DNA of 57,180 bases from Patescibacteria group bacterium (GCA_043817315.1 JBDRGY010000003.1:1-57180); one strand, 5' to 3'. Positions 36,286 to 43,493 are shown, numbered from the stretch's first letter. Notes: generated from the letters alone by a model not told the origin. Numbers and translations are program-made.

Positions 36286-36310
36286 GGTATTAGCCCTGGT
36301 TAAATATTAA

Positions 36311-36346
36311 TCTTATATTTCTTATATTTCTTATATTTCTTATAAT
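36311..36346. repeat. Tandem 9-bp repeat (TCTTATATT x3 plus TCTTATAAT)
   Basis: Read directly from the sequence. Lies 26 nt upstream of the AbrB-like start codon on the minus strand. Confidence 0.85.
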
Positions 36347-36449
36347 TAGTCTATATCAGCTGAAACTGCTGTCAACAATATTCTGTGGATAACCAAAAAC
36401 ATCTCCCGTTACAAGAGAGATGTTTTGATTAGTTTGATTTTTGAAAATT

Positions 36450-36752
36450 TTACAATCCTAGGTATTTAAACAATCCATGAATCAAAAAGGCCGGCCAAAC
36501 GATCGCTTTTAAAATTCCGAGTACACCAACCCAAAAGGTTGTGGCTGTTCCGATATAATAAACGGCCGCTCCGATAAAACCAAGACACCAGACACCACCA
36601 CCAGCCCCAGATTTGTACATTTTGTTTTTCTTGGATGTTTTGCAATTGTCGTCTTGGCAACATTCTCCGGAAAATTTATTCTTTATCCATTCCTCAACCT
36701 TTTTCTCGCTAATTTCTTCGCCCATTTTACTTTCGTTGTTTTCTTCTTCCAT
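36450..36752 (-). CDS. Small membrane protein
   Basis: Acidic N-terminus, CCQDDNC, then two TM helices. Confidence 0.5.
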   Translation of the reverse strand: MEEENNESKMGEEISEKKVEEWIKNKFSGECCQDDNCKTSKKNKMYKSGAGGGVWCLGFIGAAVYYIGTATTFWVGVLGILKAIVWPAFLIHGLFKYLGL

Positions 36753-36843
36753 GGTTATATCTTAATGATCTTACTCTTAGTATACCAAAAAACCACCCCT
36801 TTTGGGAATGATTTTCTGATTGTAACGTAAAATCGCTAATAAA

Positions 36844-36993
36844 TTATTTCTTCTTCTTATGCTTCTTTTTTCCCTTGTTTTTGTTCTTCTTGGCTTTGGC
36901 TTCAAGCATAAGTTTCTTTGCCGCTAGCCTCTTCTTTGTTTTACGGGATTTTGATTTCTGGGGCCGGCCGATAGCGTGGTCTCTTTTTGCCAT
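36844..36993 (-). CDS. Possible very basic 49-aa protein
   Basis: Not in the track. MAKRDHAIGRPQKSKSRKTKKRLAAKKLMLEAKAKKNKNKGKKKHKKKK. Support is composition only. Confidence 0.3.
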   Translation of the reverse strand: MAKRDHAIGRPQKSKSRKTKKRLAAKKLMLEAKAKKNKNKGKKKHKKKK

Positions 36994-37045
36994 ATAAGTT
37001 TATTAAAGGTAAGTAGAACTATCTTAGCTGATTATGGAGAAAAAA

Positions 37046-37411
37046 TCAATATTTAAGTATTTTATCCACAAAAATCATTATTACTGCTCCGACAACCATC
37101 AGATGAACAAAACGCAGCTGAAATTTCTTATAAATAGTTGCTATCGAAATCATAATTAGCCATATCGTAATTACAGCGATGATCATGGGAATACCGACCC
37201 TGATAACTTCGGGGATTATTTCATCAAGACCAGCAGTAAAGAAGGGCGGATAGAATACCACCTCACCATGGTAGATATGTTCTGGTATAAGCCAGGCCGC
37301 TCCTCCCCAAAGCAAGGCAAGAAGCCATTCAATGTGGTAACGAGATGGAATTTTTTTCTTGGCTGCAGTTACAATGATTGCTGCAGCGGTCGGAGCAATG
37401 AAACAAGCCAT
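37046..37411 (-). CDS. Membrane protein (4 TM)
   Basis: Hydrophobic ORF. Confidence 0.5.
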   Translation of the reverse strand: MACFIAPTAAAIIVTAAKKKIPSRYHIEWLLALLWGGAAWLIPEHIYHGEVVFYPPFFTAGLDEIIPEVIRVGIPMIIAVITIWLIMISIATIYKKFQLRFVHLMVVGAVIMIFVDKILKY

Positions 37412-37480
37412 AAGGATTATTAAATAGTAGGTAAAATTAGTTTAGCTGATTTTTGAAATATAATCAATTTTTTTAACTTA

Positions 37481-37735
37481 TTAAAGATAAATTTCGGCTA
37501 AGGCGCCCACTGCTAGAGTTATCCAGATTATAATTATCGCCAAGATTATTTTTATCACCGGCGGAATTGCCAAACCGAACTTTTTCTGGAAGGTAACGTT
37601 TAGCGGAGGAAAATAAACTAAAGAAAGAAGTAGAAAAGCAACTCCCAAACCAGGATCGTTACCCCGAAACAGGTTTAATAGACCGTTGGCCAAAACAACT
37701 AGACCAAATAGCCAACTGATTATTTTTGTTATCAT
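37481..37735 (-). CDS. Small membrane protein (leaderless start)
   Basis: Start moved to MITKIISW. The track extension (MVFWYNGV) is translated from the TGGTATAAT promoter itself. Confidence 0.5.
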   Translation of the reverse strand: MITKIISWLFGLVVLANGLLNLFRGNDPGLGVAFLLLSLVYFPPLNVTFQKKFGLAIPPVIKIILAIIIIWITLAVGALAEIYL

Positions 37736-37741
37736 GACGCC

Positions 37742-37750
37742 ATTATACCA
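37742..37750 (-). promoter_or_regulatory. Extended -10 promoter (TGGTATAAT) 6 nt from the ATG
   Basis: Minus strand reads hairpin-TTTTTTGGTATAAT-ggcgtc-ATG. Confidence 0.55.
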
Positions 37751-37781
37751 AAAAACCACCCTGAGTGAAATCGAAGGGTGA

Positions 37782-37800
37782 TTTTTTGATGGGGTGGCTA
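37782..37800. repeat. Left 19-bp direct repeat of the arsenic island (tRNA-His 3' end plus trailer)
   Basis: ttttttgatggggtggcta is identical to 41977-41995. Imperfect similarity extends about 40 nt further left. Confidence 0.85.
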
Positions 37801-37804
37801 TCGG

Positions 37805-37819
37805 TCGCTTATTTTAACT
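37805..37819. repeat. Inner 15-bp direct repeat, left copy
   Basis: tcgcttattttaact is identical to 40852-40866. Confidence 0.8.
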
Positions 37820-37939
37820 CGTACATATAAGACAATCAAAAATAAACCATATTTAGACCACTTACTCAACCTATTTAATTTAATTCATAACTACCAATCA
37901 AATTGACTTGTCACCCGAATTAATAGATGATATTATAAC

Positions 37940-37961
37940 AATATCAACGGCCATTGATATT
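37940..37961. promoter_or_regulatory. Candidate ArsR operator
   Basis: AATATCAA-cggcca-TTGATATT inverted repeat 15 nt upstream of the arsR ATG. Confidence 0.5.
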
Positions 37962-37975
37962 AATTACAAATTTCT

Positions 37976-38287
37976 ATGCAAAAAAGCTGCTGTCAAGCAA
38001 ATTCCTCCCAAAGTCAGAAGATCAAACAAACATCCTCGTTTATAAGGTTGCTCAATGAACCAAATCGTTTGCGGATCCTCTGTCTCTTAAAGCAAGGGGA
38101 GTTGTGCGTTTGTGAGATATTCCAAGCCCTCAATTTGCCCCAAAATCTGACTTCCCACCACCTCAAAGTATTAAAGGATTTTGGTTTGATTTCTTCAAAA
38201 AAAGAGGGCCTGAAAGTTTTTTATAAATTAAACCGAGCCATATTAACAAGATATGCGGAATCATTAAATAAATTATTTAAACAATGA
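37976..38287 (+). CDS. arsR: ArsR/SmtB-family metalloregulator
   Basis: R..IL.LL..GELCVCE....L......SHHLK.L...GL motif. Confidence 0.85.
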   Translation: MQKSCCQANSSQSQKIKQTSSFIRLLNEPNRLRILCLLKQGELCVCEIFQALNLPQNLTSHHLKVLKDFGLISSKKEGLKVFYKLNRAILTRYAESLNKLFKQ

Positions 38288-38580
38288 AAAGACAATCAAT
38301 TCAAGTTTTGGGCTCTGGCTGCCCGACTTGCAAACAGCTCTTAGAAACTACTAAAAAAATTGCCAAAGAATTAAACATTGATACAGAAATTGAATATATC
38401 ACCGATGTGGCCAAATTAGTGGAAATGGGCGTAATGACCAGTCCCGCCTTAGCTGTTAATGGTAAACCGGTTTTAAGCGGAGGCGGCCATAGCGAAAACG
38501 ACATCAGGCAAGCCTTACAAAATAACTCCAGTCAAGAAAACGACGTTTCGACCGGTTGCTCTTGTGGTGGTAAATGTTAA
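38284..38580 (+). CDS. Thioredoxin-fold protein (redox-active disulfide protein 2 type)
   Basis: GSGCPTCK motif and a C-terminal CSCGGKC. Overlaps the arsR stop by 4 nt. Confidence 0.7.
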   Translation: MKRQSIQVLGSGCPTCKQLLETTKKIAKELNIDTEIEYITDVAKLVEMGVMTSPALAVNGKPVLSGGGHSENDIRQALQNNSSQENDVSTGCSCGGKC

Positions 38581-38595
38581 TTTAATCTATTAATT

Positions 38596-39576
38596 ATGGA
38601 TATATTTAGACCTGTTCAAATATTGGCTGATACGGCCACTAACAATTGGTTGGGCATCACTGATCATTATTGGGGTGAAGCCATCAATTTTTTTATTTAT
38701 GATGTAATCAAAATTGGTTTGCTTTTGATTGTGATAAATTTCGTTATGGCTATTACTCGTTACTATTTTCCAGTTGAAAAAATAAGAAGTATTTTAACGG
38801 GCCGTAAATGGTATGGTCTCGATTATTTCTTTGCCGCCCTGCTGGGAGTAATAACGCCTTTTTGCTCCTGCTCTTCCATCCCTTTATTTATCGGGTTTGT
38901 CAGCGCCGGCATACCTTTGGGCGTAACCTTCGCTTTTCTGATCGCTTCGCCGCTGGTCAACGAAGCTTCGCTTTTTATTTTCCCTTCTATTTTCGGGCTG
39001 AAGATGACCTTAACTTATAACAGTATCGGTATCGCCATTGCCATGCTGGCGGGGATGGTTATCCAAAGGTTAAAAATGGACAAGAATGTCAATCAAAATT
39101 TTCTGAAATTTAAAACCCAAAAGGAAGCCGTTAAAGATAACCAGGGCAGGGCCATTCCTTTAAAGAAAAGGCTGAAAATCTGGTGGCAGGACGGCCTGCA
39201 CATCTCCAAAAGCATCTTCCCCTACGTGATAGCCGGTGTCGGCTTAGGTGCTTTAATTCACGGATTTGTCCCCAGAGATTTTGTGGAAACATATTTGTCG
39301 ATAAAAGATTGGTGGGCAGTTCCAATGGCAGTGATTTTGGGAATGCCTCTATATGCAAATTCAGTAAGTGTAATTCCTGTTGTCGAAGCTATGACTGGCA
39401 AAGGCATACCACTTGGTACCTCTCTGGCTTTTATGACTGCCACAGTAACCCTGTCAATCCCCGGACTCTTAATTCTCAAAAAAGCTATGAACTGGAAATT
39501 ATTATCCGCCTTTATAGTTATTACAGCAATAGGGATTATGATTATTGGTTACTTTTTTAATTTCTTTAATTTTTAG
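38596..39576 (+). CDS. Permease (COG0701/ArsP-like)
   Basis: About 8 TM helices with a conserved TPFCSCSSIP motif. The context beside arsR and the thioredoxin-like gene is typical. Confidence 0.65.
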   Translation: MDIFRPVQILADTATNNWLGITDHYWGEAINFFIYDVIKIGLLLIVINFVMAITRYYFPVEKIRSILTGRKWYGLDYFFAALLGVITPFCSCSSIPLFIGFVSAGIPLGVTFAFLIASPLVNEASLFIFPSIFGLKMTLTYNSIGIAIAMLAGMVIQRLKMDKNVNQNFLKFKTQKEAVKDNQGRAIPLKKRLKIWWQDGLHISKSIFPYVIAGVGLGALIHGFVPRDFVETYLSIKDWWAVPMAVILGMPLYANSVSVIPVVEAMTGKGIPLGTSLAFMTATVTLSIPGLLILKKAMNWKLLSAFIVITAIGIMIIGYFFNFFNF

Positions 39577-39584
39577 ATAACAAT

Positions 39585-40031
39585 ATGCTGAAAAAATCAC
39601 TTTTTCTTTTCTTATTAAGTTTATCTGTTTTAATTCTTGCCGGTTGTGGTCAAACAGGTGGTAATCAATCGGTAGAAAGTAGTTCAGTCGATCTTGGGGC
39701 CGACAGAATTGAGGTTGTTCATTTTCACGCCACTCAGCAGTGTTGGTCGTGTATTACGGTTGGGGAACTTGCCTTGAAGACAATTCAAGAAAAATTTCCA
39801 GAGGAATATAAAAATGGACTTATTGTTTTTAAGGACATTAACGGCGAACTGCCGGAAAACAAAAACATTGTAATTAAATATCAAGCTAGTGGCTCATCGC
39901 TTTTTATTAACGCAATTACAAACGGAAGTGATAACATTCAAGAAGATACGACTGTTTGGCGCTATGTTTCCAATGAGACTCAATTCATTAACTATTTAGA
40001 AAATATATTAAAAACTCTTTTAGGCAAATGA
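39585..40031 (+). CDS. Lipoprotein with a CxxC motif (thioredoxin-like)
   Basis: Lipobox LAGC and CWSC. Confidence 0.5.
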   Translation: MLKKSLFLFLLSLSVLILAGCGQTGGNQSVESSSVDLGADRIEVVHFHATQQCWSCITVGELALKTIQEKFPEEYKNGLIVFKDINGELPENKNIVIKYQASGSSLFINAITNGSDNIQEDTTVWRYVSNETQFINYLENILKTLLGK

Positions 40032-40035
40032 CACG

Positions 40036-40752
40036 ATGGATTTTATCAATGTTTTAATAGACAATTACAATATTCCTATTGCAACTTCTTTCTTATTGGG
40101 AATTTTGACCTCAATAAGTCCCTGCCCCCTTGCTACAAACGTCACGGCTGTTGCCTATATTTCTAAAGAAATAAAGACGGTCAAAAACACTTTGCTTAAT
40201 GGCTTGTATTACACTTTGGGTCGGGGCATTAGCTACACGCTTTTGGCTACTTTAATTTATTTCGGCTTGTCATCGTTTCAGATTTCGGGAATTTTTCAAG
40301 GTTGGGGCGACAAAATTTTGGGACCCGTTTTGATTATTATCGGCCTGATAATTTTCGGAGTGATAAAGATCAAACTCAACGGACACAACCAGAAGATTGA
40401 AAATCTGAAAGAATGGCTGGCCGGCAAAGGATATATTGGCTCGTTGCTTTTGGGAGTTTTATTTGCTTTGGCTTTTTGTCCTTATAGCGGAGTTATATTC
40501 TTTGGTATATTGATGCCTTTGATTTTACGATCTAGCGAGGGTTTGTTACTGCCCCCTTTGTTTGCCCTCGGAACGGGACTGCCTGTAATAATTTTTTCAT
40601 TTCTGATTGCTTTTAGTATGCAAAAAGTGAGTAAAGCCTTCCAAGTCGTTCAGAGGGTAGAAAAGTTTATGCGGTATGCTGTTGCTTCCATATTTATTAT
40701 TACAGGGATTTATTATTTGCAGATTTTATTCAGATATTTAGCAAACTTGTAA
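40036..40752 (+). CDS. CcdA/DsbD-family thiol-disulfide transporter
   Basis: Six TM helices with SISPCPL and FCPYS motifs. Confidence 0.6.
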   Translation: MDFINVLIDNYNIPIATSFLLGILTSISPCPLATNVTAVAYISKEIKTVKNTLLNGLYYTLGRGISYTLLATLIYFGLSSFQISGIFQGWGDKILGPVLIIIGLIIFGVIKIKLNGHNQKIENLKEWLAGKGYIGSLLLGVLFALAFCPYSGVIFFGILMPLILRSSEGLLLPPLFALGTGLPVIIFSFLIAFSMQKVSKAFQVVQRVEKFMRYAVASIFIITGIYYLQILFRYLANL

Positions 40753-40851
40753 TAATTTGAACACTCATAATAAAAACACCTCCTATTTTAAAGGAGATGT
40801 TTTTTCCTTTGACTTCGAACACTTTGGTTCAGAGGCAAAGGTCCCTACCGA

Positions 40852-40866
40852 TCGCTTATTTTAACT
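40852..40866. repeat. Inner 15-bp direct repeat, right copy
   Basis: tcgcttattttaact, overlapping the acr3 stop codon. Confidence 0.8.
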
Positions 40867-41935
40867 AATTTGATGAGGATGTCGGAAACTGAAACTGTTT
40901 TTGATGGCGTTTCATTATACCAACAAGAGAAAGCATTACAGGAACTTCCACAAGTACGCCAACAACTGTAGCAAGTGTTGCACCCGAATTCATCCCAAAA
41001 AGGATAAGAGCAACTGCAACTGAAAGTTCAAAAAAATTGCTAGCTCCGATGAATACTGATGGAGCAGCCTCTTTGAATGAAATCTTTAATTTCCTTGCTC
41101 CAAGATACCCAAGGTAAAAAATAATGTATGTTTGTAGTACTAATGGAATTGCAATAAGTAGAATGTGAAGCGGATGTTGAATAATTCTTTCTCCTTGAAA
41201 GATGAAAAGTAAAACAAGCGTAACAAGTAAACCAGCTGGTGTGACCCATTCAATTTTTTTAATAAATTTTTCTTCAAGCCACGAAACACCTATTTTATGT
41301 ATAGTGATAAAACGTGTTGCCATGGCCAATCCGAGTGGTAGAGCTACATAGAATAGTATTGAGAAAAAAATCGTATCCAGAGGCACTGGAAAATCAGTTG
41401 TTACTCCAAGGAGTAATTTTCCAAGTGGTGCAAATAAGATAAGTATTATTAAATCATTAACTGTGACTTGCATTAGTGCATAGTTAAGATTTCCTCGTGC
41501 TAAATATGTCCAAACAAAAACCATAGCTGTGCACGGCGCTAAGCCTAGTAGAATCATACCGGCAATGTACTCGCTTTGAAGTGCCACCGGAATAAAGTTG
41601 GCAAAAATAAACCTCATAAATAGCCAGGCAATAAAGGCCATCGTAAACGGTTTGATGGCCCAGTTGACAACTAACGTAAGCCAGAGCGGTTTTGTATTAT
41701 TGCGTAGTTTTTTTATCTCACCAAAATTTATCTTAAGCATAATCGGATACATCATCAAGAGAAGCACTATAGCAACCGGAATTGAAACGTTTGCAATCTC
41801 AAAAGAACCCAGTGTGTTAGAGATTCTTGGAAAAGAATATCCAATAGCTGTGCCAATTGCTATACAGAGGAATACCCACAATGACAGGTATCGATTGAAG
41901 AAATCAATTTTTCTTTCGTCTTCGAATTCTTTCAT
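40865..41935 (-). CDS. acr3: Arsenite efflux transporter ACR3
   Basis: The N-terminus (FFNRYLSLWVF) and the 10-TM layout are typical of ACR3. Start moved to MKEFEDE, 6 nt after TGGTATAGT. Confidence 0.8.
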   Translation of the reverse strand: MKEFEDERKIDFFNRYLSLWVFLCIAIGTAIGYSFPRISNTLGSFEIANVSIPVAIVLLLMMYPIMLKINFGEIKKLRNNTKPLWLTLVVNWAIKPFTMAFIAWLFMRFIFANFIPVALQSEYIAGMILLGLAPCTAMVFVWTYLARGNLNYALMQVTVNDLIILILFAPLGKLLLGVTTDFPVPLDTIFFSILFYVALPLGLAMATRFITIHKIGVSWLEEKFIKKIEWVTPAGLLVTLVLLFIFQGERIIQHPLHILLIAIPLVLQTYIIFYLGYLGARKLKISFKEAAPSVFIGASNFFELSVAVALILFGMNSGATLATVVGVLVEVPVMLSLVGIMKRHQKQFQFPTSSSN

Positions 41936-41941
41936 AGTTTT

Positions 41942-41950
41942 ACTATACCA
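41942..41950 (-). promoter_or_regulatory. Extended -10 promoter (TGGTATAGT) 6 nt from the acr3 ATG
   Basis: Minus strand reads hairpin-TTTTTTGGTATAGT-aaaact-ATG. It is a duplicate of the 37742 module. Confidence 0.55.
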
Positions 41951-41976
41951 AAAAACCATCCTAACAAATAGCATGG

Positions 41977-41995
41977 TTTTTTGATGGGGTGGCTA
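41977..41995. repeat. Right 19-bp direct repeat of the arsenic island
   Basis: Identical to 37782-37800. Confidence 0.85.
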
Positions 41996-42024
41996 GAGGG
42001 AATTGAACCCTCATCACCAGTGCC
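41985..42024 (-). pseudogene. Orphan 3' half of a second tRNA-His (anticodon loop to CCA)
   Basis: 39/40 identical to 42091-42130. The single change (G to A in CUAGCCACC) is complementary to the change in the 5' fragment at 42238-42299. Confidence 0.7.
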
Positions 42025-42090
42025 ATCCCGCAACCAGTCGCTACGCTCCGGTGCGGGACAGGCAGACTTCGTATCCAGAAAGGTGGCCAC

Positions 42091-42166
42091 TGGGGTGGCC
42101 AGAGGGAATTGAACCCTCATCACCAGTGCCACAGACTGGTGCACTAACCATTGTGCTATGGCCACC
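42091..42166 (-). tRNA. tRNA-His (GUG), with encoded G-1 and CCA
   Basis: Hand-folded cloverleaf: G-1, GUGGCCA/UGGCCAC acceptor, GCAC/GUGC D stem, CCAGU-CUGUGGC-ACUGG anticodon arm, GAGGG-UUCAAUU-CCCUC T arm, C73-CCA. Confidence 0.9.
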
Positions 42167-42237
42167 TTTCTGGATATAAGTTTATAATATACTTGTGCCC
42201 TGCCCTGAACTGCGAGCGGTAGTGAGCTAGTTTAGGG

Positions 42238-42299
42238 ACTAACCATTGCCCGCCTCGCGTCGGCTCGCAACGCGAGTCGAGGCGGGTGCTATAGCCACC
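42238..42299 (-). pseudogene. Orphan 5' part of the second tRNA-His, carrying a 38-nt G+C-rich hairpin in the D arm
   Basis: GGUGGCUAUAGCA, then the insert 42249-42286 (CCCGCCUCG...CGAGGCGGG), then CAAUGGUUAGU. Similarity to the intact gene ends after that point. Confidence 0.65.
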
Positions 42300-42352
42300 A
42301 TAATAGTAACTTAGAATAAAAAATACAAAATGTAAAATGTCATTATTTGTTT

Positions 42353-43198
42353 CTATGCACGAAAATACCTTTTGAAATCTTTCTTTTTTTGTTCATCCCA
42401 ATCACGTGATTTTTCTTCCCACGATCCTGTTGCTTTGTCAATGGTCTCTTGATCTAAACCAGAAAATTTGTCTATTATGACGCCAAGTTCAGCACCAAGA
42501 CCAGCTTCCAATAAGGCGTTGGCGATTTCTGGGTGATCCGACTCTTGGAAATTAAAGTTGTCAAAATATCCTATAATATTAGCAGATTCTCCCACTCCCG
42601 CCTTTCCCGCCTCTATTATTTTAAGAGCGGTATCTTTGTGATTAAGGCCTGGAAATTTTTCTAAATTTCTAAGAACTACTCCTCCTTGACCGACACCAAT
42701 TAGATTGGTAGCAGCTTCTTCTGAATCAAGACCTTGAAATTTTTCCAGATTATCTTCTATCGCCATTGCTATCTGTTTAGCTTTAGCAGGATTGCTTTTT
42801 ATTTCTTCAATCAATAGCGAAAAAGCCGCTCGATGGTCAGTGCCTCTAAATTTATCTATATTTGCGGGTACCGTTTCCCCATGCTTTGATTCTATAAGCG
42901 CTCGAATAAAATCTGGATGATCATTTTCATCAAAATGTTTTAGATTATTAAATAAGGGTGCACCACCAAAAAGCCAGGCAAGATTTAAGCCGAATTCTTT
43001 ATGTAGAGCAGGATCCAATTCACGAAGGATAGGTTTCACTTGGAAAATTGCTCTTGAATAACCTTCATTCTGCAGATAATTCATAACCTTACCGATAGAC
43101 TTTCTCTGTTCTTCGGTCAATTCATTTTGGTCGGTTGGTGTTTGTTCTCCAGTTAATTCATCAGGATTAACCAGTTGTTGTTCTGGCTTTTCAGGCAT
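42353..43198 (-). CDS. Hypothetical repeat protein (281 aa)
   Basis: Reiterated ~35-aa units (..KF.GLD/N....A..LI..G.G..). No family recognised. Confidence 0.5.
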   Translation of the reverse strand: MPEKPEQQLVNPDELTGEQTPTDQNELTEEQRKSIGKVMNYLQNEGYSRAIFQVKPILRELDPALHKEFGLNLAWLFGGAPLFNNLKHFDENDHPDFIRALIESKHGETVPANIDKFRGTDHRAAFSLLIEEIKSNPAKAKQIAMAIEDNLEKFQGLDSEEAATNLIGVGQGGVVLRNLEKFPGLNHKDTALKIIEAGKAGVGESANIIGYFDNFNFQESDHPEIANALLEAGLGAELGVIIDKFSGLDQETIDKATGSWEEKSRDWDEQKKKDFKRYFRA

Positions 43199-43218
43199 AG
43201 TTTTATGATTAATTATTT

Positions 43219-43365
43219 TCGTCTGGTACCCTCGAGAGCCCGCCTACTCCCACGTCCGCGGGATTCGGCGGATCTCCGCTGCGCTCCGAGAATCTCACTT
43301 TCCGCCCGACTCGCCTGGTACCCTCGAGAGGAATCCCCGCCAGAGGCGGGTCCGCCGTACCTTTT
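43219..43365. repeat. G+C-rich structured segment with two 16-nt direct repeats
   Basis: CTGGTACCCTCGAGAG occurs at 43223-43238 and 43315-43330. CCCGCC...GGCGGG hairpins are present. TCGTCTGGTA also matches the 3' end and trailer of tRNA-Arg at 43415-43424. Confidence 0.5.
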
Positions 43366-43418
43366 ACATCTAAATTTAAAGTGGCGGAGAACCTCTCGTA
43401 TTTAGATTTTTTATCGTC

Positions 43419-43493
43419 TGGTATCCCCAGTAGGAATCGAACCTACATCTAGGGCTTAGAAGGCCCTCGTTCTATCCATTGAACTATGGGGAC
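43419..43493 (-). tRNA. tRNA-Arg (UCU), with encoded CCA
   Basis: Hand-folded: GUCCCCA/UGGGGAU acceptor, AGGGC-CUUCUAA-GCCCU anticodon arm, GUAGG-UUCGAUU-CCUAC T arm. Confidence 0.9.

Larger units (their letters stand above)
37801..41976. mobile_element. Arsenic-resistance genomic islet bounded by direct repeats (no integrase inside)
   Basis: The arsR, thioredoxin-like, ArsP-like permease, CxxC lipoprotein, CcdA-like and acr3 genes lie between the two 19-bp repeats. Confidence 0.6.

Noticed and set aside
41040-41984. ORFs 41040..41249 (-) and 41598..41984 (+) overlapping acr3, and the 13-codon N-terminal extension of acr3
   Set aside because: They are shadow frames of a membrane-protein gene. 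The extension runs through the TGGTATAGT promoter and the terminator T-tract.
42025-42237. Group I or II intron, or a bulge-helix-bulge intron, splitting the outer tRNA-His
   Set aside because: The intervening 213 nt are too short and lack recognisable intron core elements. They contain a complete tRNA gene, and 12 nt of the anticodon arm are missing from the flanking halves.
43219-43400. Two extra tRNA genes or an SRP/tmRNA gene in the G+C-rich segment next to tRNA-Arg
   Set aside because: The minus-strand ends (..GGGUACCA) tempted a tRNA call. I could not build acceptor, T or anticodon arms: there is no AGAGG partner for CCUCU and no UUCGA loop. SRP (GGAA/AGCAGC) and tmRNA hallmarks are also absent. 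It is kept only as a repeat or unknown structured segment.
43175-43405. 76-aa + strand ORF across the G+C-rich repeats
   Set aside because: Arg/Pro-rich translation of repeat DNA, with no SD, running antisense to the surrounding transcription direction.
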